From Chloroflexota bacterium (GTDB lineage: Bacteria > Chloroflexota > Dormibacteria > Dormibacterales > Dormibacteraceae): a DNA stretch of 48,435 bases. Below the pieces are notes generated by a model that was given only the letters and a program-made list of their open reading frames with translations, was not told the DNA's origin and did no database searches. Positions 28,189-38,985 of this stretch are shown piece after piece. Position 1 is the first letter of the stretch. Each line of letters begins with the position of its first letter. The position numbers and the translations under genes are program-made. The stretch covers positions 11,115-59,549 of the forward strand of contig VBHN01000199.1 in NCBI GenBank assembly GCA_005881155.1, in the 5' to 3' direction.

Positions 28189-28786
28189 CGGGCGCCTCCG
28201 CGGTGGCCGCCTTGCGGCGGGCGCGCTCGGCTTTCACGATCTCCAGGATGTCCCGGGCGGCGACGTCGGCATTCTCGTTCACGACCACGTAGTCGTAATA
28301 CTGCGCGTGCGACATCTCCCACGCCGCCAGTTTCTGCCTGCGCTTCATCTCCTCCTCGTCCTCCGAGCCGCGCTCGTGGCGGCGCCGCATCAGCTCCTCC
28401 ATGGAAGGCGGCTGGAGGAAGATGAAGATACCGTCGGGACGCTGCTGGCGGATCGCCTCGGCGCCGTGGACCTCGATCTTCAGGACCACGTCCTTGCCCG
28501 AGCGCTGGAGCTTCTCGACACGGCTCCGCGAGCTCCCGTAGAGGTAGCCGTTGGCCTCCAGCTTGGTCCATTCGAGGAGCTCGCCCCTCCCGATCAGTTC
28601 CTCGAACTTGGGCTTGCTGACGAAGCTGTAGTGGACGCCGTCGATCTCGTAGTCGCGCTTGGGCCGGGTGGTGAAGGAGACGGCGAAGCGGATGTTGGGG
28701 TCGAGCTCGAGCAGGCGGTCGATCACCGTGTCCTTGCCGACGCCACCCGGACCGGAGATGACCAGCAGCAGCCCCGCCGGGGTCAC
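28178..28786 (-). CDS. gmk: guanylate kinase
   Basis: GTG at 28786 overlaps the rluD TGA (GTGA) and gives VTPAGLLLVISGPGGVGKDT... (P-loop). The longer ORF reaching 28882 would overlap rluD by 100 nt. Confidence 0.9.
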   Translation of the reverse strand: MTPAGLLLVISGPGGVGKDTVIDRLLELDPNIRFAVSFTTRPKRDYEIDGVHYSFVSKPKFEELIGRGELLEWTKLEANGYLYGSSRSRVEKLQRSGKDVVLKIEVHGAEAIRQQRPDGIFIFLQPPSMEELMRRRHERGSEDEEEMKRRQKLAAWEMSHAQYYDYVVVNENADVAARDILEIVKAERARRKAATAEAPGAN

Positions 28787-29748
28787 CGCAGCGACTCCAG
28801 GTAGGACTGGAAGTCGGCCGGCGGCTCCGCCTGGAAGGTCATCGCGGCACCGGTCGCGGGGTGGCGGAACTTGAGCCGCCACGCGTGCAGCATCGTCCGC
28901 GGGGCCGCCGCACCGCCGCCATAGGCGCGGTCGCCGGCGACCGGGTGGCCGAAGGCGGCCAGGTGGACCCGGACCTGGTGGGTGCGGCCGCTGAAGAGGT
29001 CACAGCGCAGCAGGGTGTGCCCGCGCAGGGCCTCCACGACCTCGTAGCGGGTCCGGGCCGGCCGGCCCGCGGCCACCACTGCCATCCGCTTCCGGTCGCG
29101 GGGATGGCGGCCGATGTCGCCCTCCAGCTCGCCCGCGGGGCCGGCCACCCGGCCGGTCACGATCGCCAGGTAGGTGCGGGACATGGTCCGGTCGGCAAGC
29201 TGGGCGCTGAGCGCGCGGTGGGCGGCGTCGTTGCGGGCGGCCACCAGCAGCCCGGAGGTGTCCTTGTCGAGGCGGTGGACGAGGCCGGGCCGGGCGGCGC
29301 CGCCGGCCGTCGACCAGCTGCCGCCGAGGCCGAGCAGGGCGTGGACCAGGGTGCCCGAGTGATGGCCGGCCGCTGGGTGGGCGACCATCCCCGCCGGCTT
29401 CACCACCACGACCAGGTCGGCATCCTCGTAGACCACCTCCAGCGCGATCTCCTCCGGGCGCGGAAGGACCAGCTCGGACGCCGGCTCTTCGAACTCAACG
29501 ACGTCATTTTCCCGCACCCGGTCCGCCGCCCCGGCCGGCCGCCCGTTGACCTGGACCTTCCCGTCCCTGGCCAGCCGCCCGGCCTGCGAGCGGCTCAGGC
29601 CGGGAACCTGCTCGGCCAGGAAGCGGTCGAGCCGGGCCGCCCCGCGGGCGGCGGTCAGCCTTCTGGTTTCCGCCGCGCCAGGTACCCCACGGCCAGCGCC
29701 ACCACGCCGACGCTGATCGCGCTGTCCGCCACGTTGAAGGTCGGCCAC
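28783..29748 (-). CDS. rluD: RluA-family 23S rRNA pseudouridine synthase (RluD-like)
   Basis: An S4 domain (RLDRFLAEQVPGLSRSQAGRLARDGKVQVNG) and the catalytic HRLDKDTSGLLVAA are present. The ATG at 29748 overlaps lspA by 94 nt. A CTG at 29658 overlaps the lspA TGA and fits the expected N-terminus better. Confidence 0.85.
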   Translation of the reverse strand: MADLQRGGQRDQRRRGGAGRGVPGAAETRRLTAARGAARLDRFLAEQVPGLSRSQAGRLARDGKVQVNGRPAGAADRVRENDVVEFEEPASELVLPRPEEIALEVVYEDADLVVVVKPAGMVAHPAAGHHSGTLVHALLGLGGSWSTAGGAARPGLVHRLDKDTSGLLVAARNDAAHRALSAQLADRTMSRTYLAIVTGRVAGPAGELEGDIGRHPRDRKRMAVVAAGRPARTRYEVVEALRGHTLLRCDLFSGRTHQVRVHLAAFGHPVAGDRAYGGGAAAPRTMLHAWRLKFRHPATGAAMTFQAEPPADFQSYLESLR

Positions 29749-30106
29749 CAGTGCAACGCCAGGAAGTCGGTGACCGAGCCGTGGAGGAGGCGGTCGTAGG
29801 CGTTGCCCAGCACGCCGCCCAGGACCAGCCCCAGGACGGCGTGGCTCCAGACGCCGCCCTCCTGCTGGAGCGCGTAGACGACTATCGCCACCGCGACCAC
29901 GATCGAGATCACCAGGAAGGCGACCTGGCTCGGCCCGCAGAGGCTGAAGGCGGCACAGGAGTTCTGGAGGTGTTGGATCCAGAGGACGCCCGCGATCGGG
30001 CCGCGCTCGGTGTCGGAGGGGATGGTCGAGACCACCAGGTACTTGGTCACCCGGTCCAGGGCGAAGACGCCGACGGCGATCGCCGCGAAGACCAGCCGGG
30101 GCCGGC

Positions 30107-30110
<4 letters not shown>
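29655..30110 (-). CDS. lspA: lipoprotein signal peptidase (signal peptidase II)
   Basis: GTG at 30110 overlaps the ileS TGA (GTGA). Four TM helices are present, with motifs LDRVTK, GNAYDRL, VTDF and FNVADSAI. Confidence 0.9.
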
Positions 30111-33052
<2,942 letters not shown>

Positions 33053-33060
33053 CTCGCTCA

Positions 33061-33270
33061 AAACAAAAAGACCCGTCCACACTGGGACGAGCCTTCTTTG
33101 CAGACCCGCGGTACCACCCAGCTTCCCAGGGCCATCACCCTGGACACTCAACTGGTTACAGGCTCGGAAGTGATCTCGTTGTCGCTGCCACGGCCCGGAT
33201 CTCAGCACCCCGGAGCTCTCTGTACGCGGCGGTCGCGGAACTACCCGTCTTCGTCAGCGCCTGATACGCA
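33061..33270 (-). promoter_or_regulatory. T-box leader (Ile specifier AUC) with intrinsic terminator, controlling ileS
   Basis: All elements are read on the minus strand. An AGAGAG stem-I bulge is followed by the specifier AUC-A at 33174..33171. The T-box core AGCUGGGUGGUACCGCGGG lies at 33123..33105. A 7-bp hairpin CUCGUCC-CAGUGU-GGACGGG followed by UCUUUUUGUUU lies at 33091..33061. Confidence 0.8.
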
Positions 33271-33297
33271 GCATCAAGTTTAGCATCGGACCTGTCA

Positions 33298-33849
33298 ATG
33301 GCCCACATCCGGACCATCCCGCCCGCCGACGCCACCGGACCGCTGAAGCAGGAGTACGAGACCGCGCTCAAGCGGGCGGGCCACGTCGCGCACATCCTCC
33401 AGCTGCAGAGCCTGAACCCGCCCGTCCTGCATGCGGGCGTCCAGCTCTACCTCGCGCTGATGCACGGGCCGTCGGCCCTCACCCGGGCACAGCGCGAGCT
33501 GATCGCCACCGTCGTCTCGCGCGCCAACGACTGTTTCTATTGAACTACCTCGCACGGCGAGGACTTCCTGGCGCTGACCGGGGACGAATCGCTGACCCGC
33601 CAGGTCATGGCGGACTACACGGAGGCCGAGCTGGACCCGCCTCTGCGGGCGCTCCTCGACTACTGCGTCGCCATCACCCGCGACGCCCGGGCCGGCTCCC
33701 GCGAGGCCGTCGAAGCACTGCGCGCAGAGGGGTGGAGCGACGAGGCGATCCACGACGCCGTGCAGGTCACGGGCTTCTTCAACTACTACGACCGGCTGGC
33801 CGATGGGCTGGGTGTGGACCCGGAGCCCGGCTGGACTGAGAGGAGCTAG
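33298..33849 (+). CDS. AhpD-like / carboxymuconolactone decarboxylase (CMD, peroxidase-related) family protein with in-frame TGA at the CxxC position
   Basis: ORFs 33298..33543 and 33607..33849 share one frame. They are separated only by TGA 33541..33543. Read-through gives ...VVSRANDCFY[TGA]TTSHGEDFLAL..., matching the family motif N-x-C-x-Y-C-x-x-x-H. GC3 stays high after the TGA. Confidence 0.6.
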
Positions 33850-34100
33850 CCCAGGCGGTTGACGAAGCTGACGATGATCAGGAGCCCGAAGCTGACGACC
33901 ATCGGCGAGAAGTCGAGCCCGCCCATGCCGCCGGGCAGCAGGTTTCGGACCGGCCGCAGCAGCGGTTCGGTCAGCTGGAAGCTGAACCGGTAGATCGGGT
34001 TGGTGAAGTCGCGGCTGATCCAGCTGAAGGCGACCCGGACGAAGATCAGGATCACCAGCGCGTAACAGACCGTGCTGATGAGCGCCGCAAAGACTCCCAT
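33846..34100 (-). CDS. yggT: YggT-family membrane protein
   Basis: This 84-aa protein has two TM helices and the conserved NPIYRFSFQLTEPLLRPVRNLLP. Confidence 0.85.
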   Translation of the reverse strand: MGVFAALISTVCYALVILIFVRVAFSWISRDFTNPIYRFSFQLTEPLLRPVRNLLPGGMGGLDFSPMVVSFGLLIIVSFVNRLG

Positions 34101-34154
34101 TTCGCGTTCATTCTGCCCGGAACCGGCGGCGGCCCAAACGAGGGGCCGAGGCCG

Positions 34155-34412
34155 CTACGAGAGGCGAGACGCGACGGCGATGACGATGATCAGCCCGAAG
34201 CCGACGATCGCCGGCGACAGGTCGAGGCCGGCGGTGACCCCGGACGGCACCAGCTTGCGAATCGGGGCCAGCAGCGGCTCGGTGACCTGGTAGGTGAACC
34301 GGTAGATCGGGCTCTCTTCGTTATGGCTGACCATGCTGTAGACGACCCTGATCAGGAGCAGGGTGCCCACGGCATAGCCGAGGGTGGCGACGACAAAGGC
34401 GATCACGAACAT
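34155..34412 (-). CDS. yggT: YggT-family membrane protein (tandem paralogue)
   Basis: This 85-aa protein has the same architecture and the motif SPIYRFTYQVTEPLLAPIRKLVP. Confidence 0.85.
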   Translation of the reverse strand: MFVIAFVVATLGYAVGTLLLIRVVYSMVSHNEESPIYRFTYQVTEPLLAPIRKLVPSGVTAGLDLSPAIVGFGLIIVIAVASRLS

Positions 34413-34448
34413 CTCAGGCTTTCTCCTCGGAGTTGGCGGGGACAGAGG

Positions 34449-35051
34449 TTAAGGAACGGGATTCTCGAACAGCACCCGGCCCAGCCGCAGCATCGTGCTG
34501 CCGGCCCGGCAGGCCGCCTCGAAGTCGCCGCTCATCCCCATCGAGAGAATCGGGAGAGCGCGGCCGCTGGCGTCCTGGCAGCGCTGCCTGAGCTCGGCCA
34601 GCTCGCGGAAGGCAGGCTCCGGGTCTGCGGACTGAGGGCCCAACCCCATCAGACCTTCCAACGGCAGAAGGTCCCCGATCTGGCGCGCGACCGCGACCGC
34701 GTCCTCGGGCACGACCCCCTTTTTGGCCGGCTCGCGGCTGACGTTGACCTCCAAAAGCACCCGCTGCCCGCCCTCCCGCTCCGCCAGCAGCTCCGCCAGG
34801 CGCACGGAGTCGAGTGACTGGATCAGCCGGAAGCGGCCGGCGACCTGCCGGACCTTGTTGCTCTGGAGGTGGCCGACCAGGTGCCATTCGGCCTCGGGCA
34901 AGGCGTCGAGCTTGGGCAGAGCCTCCTGCACGCGGTTCTCTCCCAGAGGGCGGCCTTTGGTGACCGCCACGATGGTTATCTCCTCGAGGTCGCGGCCGGT
35001 CGCCCGGACCCGGTCCCGGACGGCCTCCAGCCGCTCAGCGAACCGCGACAA
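34449..35051 (-). CDS. yggS: YggS-family pyridoxal-phosphate homeostasis protein (short form)
   Basis: VAVTKGRP (PLP lysine), GENRVQE, WHLVGHLQSNK, SMGMSGDFE and GSTMLRLG are present. At 200 aa it is shorter than the usual 220 to 240 aa. Confidence 0.8.
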   Translation of the reverse strand: MSRFAERLEAVRDRVRATGRDLEEITIVAVTKGRPLGENRVQEALPKLDALPEAEWHLVGHLQSNKVRQVAGRFRLIQSLDSVRLAELLAEREGGQRVLLEVNVSREPAKKGVVPEDAVAVARQIGDLLPLEGLMGLGPQSADPEPAFRELAELRQRCQDASGRALPILSMGMSGDFEAACRAGSTMLRLGRVLFENPVP

Positions 35052-35745
35052 GGGCGGCGAAGCGGGATCCGTCGGGCAGCCGGCGGTGCGAGAACAGGCG
35101 GTCGGACTCGAAAGTGCAGAGGGAGTGGACGCGGATCCGCCGCGGCAGCACTCCCAGGGCCAGGAACTGCTGCCGGTTTGCCTCGGCCAGGTCCAGCAGC
35201 AGCTTGCCGTCGGCGCCGGGACGTAGCATCTCGGTGGGAAAGCGCTCCGCGAACTCGGGACCGACCTCGTAGCAGCGGCCGCAGATGCCCGGGCCGATTC
35301 CGACCCGCAGATCCTCGGCCCTCGAGCCGTACTCGCGTTTCAGCGCGGCCACCAGGTTCCTGGCGATGCCCGCCTCGGTCCCGCGCCAGCCCGCGTGGGC
35401 AAGGCCGGCCGCCCGCTGCTCCGGATCGTAGGCGATCAGCGGGAGACAGTCGGCGAAGGTCGCGAAGAGGGCGACTTCGGGCCGGTCGGTGACCAGCCCG
35501 TCCACCTCCCTGACGAGAGGCACCGGGCGATCGACTCGGGCGATCTCGGCGCCGTGGACGGCGCCGGCCACGGTGATGGCCTCGGGAGGGACGTGCATCG
35601 AACGCGCGAAGCGGCGGCGGTTCTCGGTCACCTTCTGGGGGTCCGGCGCGTTGGTGATCCCCATCGAACCCATCTCCGCCGTGGAGAAGCCATGGATGAT
35701 CCAGCGCTCGTTGGCGAGGGGAGGGATGCTGAGAAAGGCGGGCAC
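35035..35745 (-). CDS. pgeF: peptidoglycan editing factor PgeF (YfiH/DUF152 laccase-domain protein)
   Basis: GTG at 35745 inside ORF 35035..36231. The motifs IIHGFST, TFADCLPL, HAGWRGT and CGRCYEVG are present. The ORF part upstream of 35745 is nrdR read out of frame. Confidence 0.85.
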   Translation of the reverse strand: MPAFLSIPPLANERWIIHGFSTAEMGSMGITNAPDPQKVTENRRRFARSMHVPPEAITVAGAVHGAEIARVDRPVPLVREVDGLVTDRPEVALFATFADCLPLIAYDPEQRAAGLAHAGWRGTEAGIARNLVAALKREYGSRAEDLRVGIGPGICGRCYEVGPEFAERFPTEMLRPGADGKLLLDLAEANRQQFLALGVLPRRIRVHSLCTFESDRLFSHRRLPDGSRFAALVAVR

Positions 35746-35759
35746 CGACGGAGGCCAGC

Positions 35760-36236
35760 TTAGGCTTTGGCCTTTACCCCAGACCGCGAGGAGAGCACCT
35801 GCTCGATCTCGCGCTTCACCTGCTGCAGGTCCATGAACTCCCGGTAGACGGACGCGAAGCGGATGTAGGCGACCTCGTCCAGCACCCTCAGCCGGTCCAT
35901 CACCATCTCGCCGATCTCGCCGCTGGGGATCTCGGCCCGGCCGCTGTTGCGGAGCTCGGCTTCGATCTCGTCGACGATCGCGCGCAGCCGCTCCGGCGAG
36001 ATGTCCCGCTTCTGGGTCGCCTTGGCCAGCCCGCCGTAGAGCTTCTGAGGGTCGAAGTCCTCGCGCCGCCCGTCCTTCTTGGTGACGTAGAAGGGCACCG
36101 CCTCGATCCGCTCGTAGGTGGTGAAGCGTTTGCCGCAGGCCAGGCACTCGCGGCGCCGGCGGATCGCCTCGCCGATCTCCGAATCGCGCGAGTCGACGAC
36201 CTTCAAGTCGTGGTGACCGCAATAAGGGCATCTCAT
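35760..36236 (-). CDS. nrdR: transcriptional repressor NrdR
   Basis: The Zn ribbon MRCPYCGHHD...CLACGKRFTTYERIE is followed by an ATP-cone domain. Confidence 0.95.
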   Translation of the reverse strand: MRCPYCGHHDLKVVDSRDSEIGEAIRRRRECLACGKRFTTYERIEAVPFYVTKKDGRREDFDPQKLYGGLAKATQKRDISPERLRAIVDEIEAELRNSGRAEIPSGEIGEMVMDRLRVLDEVAYIRFASVYREFMDLQQVKREIEQVLSSRSGVKAKA

Positions 36237-36249
36237 GGTGGAGCTACGA

Positions 36250-36265
36250 CCACAATATATTGCGG
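36250..36265. promoter_or_regulatory. NrdR-box-like palindrome upstream of nrdR
   Basis: CCACAATATATTGCGG has 7 of 8 matching half-sites. It matches the core of the published NrdR box consensus acaCwAtATaTwGtgt. It lies 14 to 29 nt upstream of the nrdR ATG. A degenerate second site may lie at about 36281..36297. Confidence 0.5.
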
Positions 36266-36382
36266 TCGCCCATCATGCCCTGTCAATTGAGTTGTGTCCG
36301 TAGTAAGCCACGCGGTGCCAAGGCCGGGTTTACCCCGGCCGTTTGAGCTGTCTCAAATCGACATCTAAGCGCTGCGCCGAGA

Positions 36383-36453
36383 GGGGGGTTTGGAAGGGGC
36401 TTGGATAGGGGGCCCCGCCCCCGTGGGGCGGGGAATGCGGACTGGCTCCCCCC
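36383..36453. other. G6...C6-bounded structured element with a nested 9-bp GC hairpin, in the ftsZ-nrdR intergenic region
   Basis: GGGGGG at 36383..36388 and CCCCCC at 36448..36453 bracket a perfect hairpin CCCCGCCCC-CGT-GGGGCGGGG at 36413..36433. Two more hairpins lie at about 36322..36340 and 36342..36357. Confidence 0.4.
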
Positions 36454-36459
36454 TTGCCT

Positions 36460-37551
36460 TTATGACCTATGGCGGAGGAAGGCCGGGATGTTGATGTCCT
36501 CCTCGTCGGTGCCGAACTCCGGCCGCGTCTCCTGGGACTCGTTGTCCCGCGTGAAGAAGCTCTTGACGCCCTCGTCGGCCTCCTTCGACTGCGCAATCTT
36601 GCTGCCGAAGCCGGTGGCGATCACGGTGATCTTCACCTCGCCCTGCATCTTCTCGTCGCTGACGACCCCGAAGATGATGTTGGCGCTGGGGTCGGCGGAG
36701 GCCTTGACGATCTGGGCGGCCTTCTGGATCTCGTGGAGGGTGAGATCGGAGCCGCCGGTGATGCTGAAGAGGATCCCGCGGGCGCCGTCGATGGAGGTCT
36801 CCAGGAGCGGGCTGGAGACGGCCTGCTTGGCGGCGTCCTCGGCCCGGCTGTCGCCGGACCCGAAGCCGATGCCCATCAGGGCCTCGCCGGCATCGGACAT
36901 GATCGCCTTGACGTCGGCGAAGTCGAGGTTGATCACGCCCGGGCTGACGATCAGGTCGGCGATGCCCTGGACGCCCTGGCGGAGGACGTCGTCGGCGATC
37001 CGGAACGCCTGCTCGAGGGTGGTCTTGTGGTCGACCACCTGGGTCAGCCGGTCGTTGGGGATGACGATCAGCGCGTCGACCTTGTCCTTCAGGTTCTTGA
37101 TGCCCGCCTCGGCGGTCTCGTTACGCACCTTGCCCTCCCAGTTGAAGGGCCGGGTGACGACGCCGATCGTGAGCGCGCCGGACTCCTTGGCGAGCTCGGC
37201 GATGACGGGCGCGGAGCCGGTGCCGGTGCCGCCGCCCATGCCCGCGGTGATGAAGACCATGTCGGTGTCCTTCATCAGCTCGCCCAGCTCCAGGCGGCTC
37301 TCGTCGGCGGCGTCACGGCCGCGCGTCCAGTCACCACCCGAGCCGAGGCCGCGGGTCAGCTTGCGGCCGATGTTGACGCGCGTGTCGGCCTTGCAGTTGC
37401 CGAGCGCCTGCAGGTCGGTGTTGACCGCGATGAACTGCACGCCCTTCAAGTTGGCGGAGATCATCCGGTTGACCGCGTTGCCGCCGCCGCCGCCGGCGCC
37501 GACCACCTTGATCCGCGCCCGTCCATCCTGCATCTGGTCCCGCTCGCTCAT
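36460..37551 (-). CDS. ftsZ: cell division protein FtsZ
   Basis: ATG at 37551 is preceded by GGAGG 5 nt upstream. GAGGGGGNAVNRM and the tubulin signature GMGGGTGTGSAPV are present. The longer ORF start at 37608 overlaps ftsA. Confidence 0.95.
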   Translation of the reverse strand: MSERDQMQDGRARIKVVGAGGGGGNAVNRMISANLKGVQFIAVNTDLQALGNCKADTRVNIGRKLTRGLGSGGDWTRGRDAADESRLELGELMKDTDMVFITAGMGGGTGTGSAPVIAELAKESGALTIGVVTRPFNWEGKVRNETAEAGIKNLKDKVDALIVIPNDRLTQVVDHKTTLEQAFRIADDVLRQGVQGIADLIVSPGVINLDFADVKAIMSDAGEALMGIGFGSGDSRAEDAAKQAVSSPLLETSIDGARGILFSITGGSDLTLHEIQKAAQIVKASADPSANIIFGVVSDEKMQGEVKITVIATGFGSKIAQSKEADEGVKSFFTRDNESQETRPEFGTDEEDINIPAFLRHRS

Positions 37552-37594
37552 ATGCGCCTCCACTGCTGCAAATCTCAGCTGATCTGTGTCCCGG

Positions 37595-38839
37595 TTAGAA
37601 GAAGTCACGCAACCACCTCACGCTCTTCGAGTAAGCGCTCGTGAGGTTGCCGTTGCCGTGACCGTTGCCGTGGTGTTTCCCGTTGCCGAGCGGCTGGAGC
37701 TTGGCACCCCACCGGACCAGCCCGACCGCGGTCGCGAACGAAGGCCCGCTGACGCGGTCGGCCAGGCCGCCGAAGCCTGACGGCAGCCCCAATCGGACTG
37801 ACGAGTCGAAGACGCCCTGGGCGGCGTCGATGGTCCCCAGGAGGCGGGCTCCGCCGCCGGTCACCACGACCCCGGCCGGGAGCAGCCCGTCGTACCCGCT
37901 CTTGCTCACCTCCTCCCGCGCCATCTGGAAGATCTCCCGGACCCGGGGACCGATGATCTCGGCCAGGTACCTCCGCGGCACCTGCTGCACCTTCTCGCCG
38001 CCGACCTCGCGGACCTGGATCCGCTCCTCGGAGGGGATGACCTCGGCCAGCGTGTGCCCGTAGTTGAGCTTCAGCGTTTCGGCCTCGATCAGGGTCGTCC
38101 GGAGCCCGATCGCCATGTCGCTCGTGACGTGGTTGCCACCCACCGGCAGGACCGCCAGGTGGAGCCCGGAGCCCTCGCTGAAGACCACCACGTCGGTGGT
38201 GCCGGCACCGATGTCGATGAGGCAGACTCCCAGCTCCATCTCGTTGCCGCTGAGCACCGCCTGCCCCGAGGCGAGGCCCTGGCTGACCACGTCGTCCACG
38301 TCGAAGCCGGCCTGGTGGACGCACTTGATCACGTTTTGGATCGAGGTTTGGGCGCCGGTGACGATGTGGGTCTCGACCTCGAGCCGGCTGCCAGTCATCC
38401 CGGTCGCCACCTTGACGCCGTCCTGGCCGTCGACGGTGAAGCTGCGCGGGATCACGTGCACCACCTCGCGGTCACTGGGAACGCTGATCGCGCGGGAGGC
38501 GTCGACCACCCGCTCGACGTCCTGGTGGCCGATCTCGTGGTCGTCGCGGGAGACCGCGATCACGCCCCGGCTGTTCTGCGAGCTGAGGTGCGGCCCGGCC
38601 AGGGATACGACGACCGAGTCGAAACGGATGCCGGCCATCCGCTCGGCCGCGTGGGCGGCGGCGGTGATTGACCCGACCGTCTTCTCGATGTTGACGACCA
38701 CGCCCTTGCGAAGGCCTTCGGTGGGGGCTTCGCCGACACCGAGGATGGCGATGTTGCCAAACTCGTCGGACTCGCCCACGACCGTAGCGACCTTGCTCGT
38801 GCCAAGGTCCAAACCGACGATACGCTGCCGCCTCGTCAA
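37595..38839 (-). CDS. ftsA: cell division protein FtsA
   Basis: The actin-like ATPase motifs IVGLDLGTSKV and LIDIGAGTTDV are present. TTG start at 38839. Confidence 0.9.
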   Translation of the reverse strand: MTRRQRIVGLDLGTSKVATVVGESDEFGNIAILGVGEAPTEGLRKGVVVNIEKTVGSITAAAHAAERMAGIRFDSVVVSLAGPHLSSQNSRGVIAVSRDDHEIGHQDVERVVDASRAISVPSDREVVHVIPRSFTVDGQDGVKVATGMTGSRLEVETHIVTGAQTSIQNVIKCVHQAGFDVDDVVSQGLASGQAVLSGNEMELGVCLIDIGAGTTDVVVFSEGSGLHLAVLPVGGNHVTSDMAIGLRTTLIEAETLKLNYGHTLAEVIPSEERIQVREVGGEKVQQVPRRYLAEIIGPRVREIFQMAREEVSKSGYDGLLPAGVVVTGGGARLLGTIDAAQGVFDSSVRLGLPSGFGGLADRVSGPSFATAVGLVRWGAKLQPLGNGKHHGNGHGNGNLTSAYSKSVRWLRDFF

Positions 38840-38985
38840 GGACGTGTGCTGGGATGCCTCCTGTGGCTGGGGAGTTTCGGGGGGCGGGCGACGGCATTAT
38901 ATCGGAAGGTTTCGCCGCTCCAACCCCGACTTTTGGCACTTGCACGCGCCTGCGCCTTCGTCGTACATCATGTGTGCTAGTCCTG

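Noticed and set aside
33544-33606. A canonical bacterial SECIS downstream of the in-frame TGA.
   Set aside because: The nearest hairpin (33548-33562) is only 5 bp and sits closer to the UGA than the usual 16 to 37 nt loop distance. The larger CCTGGCG/CGCCAGG stem has a big unstructured loop. I cannot call a SECIS by eye, so the Sec interpretation stays a hypothesis.
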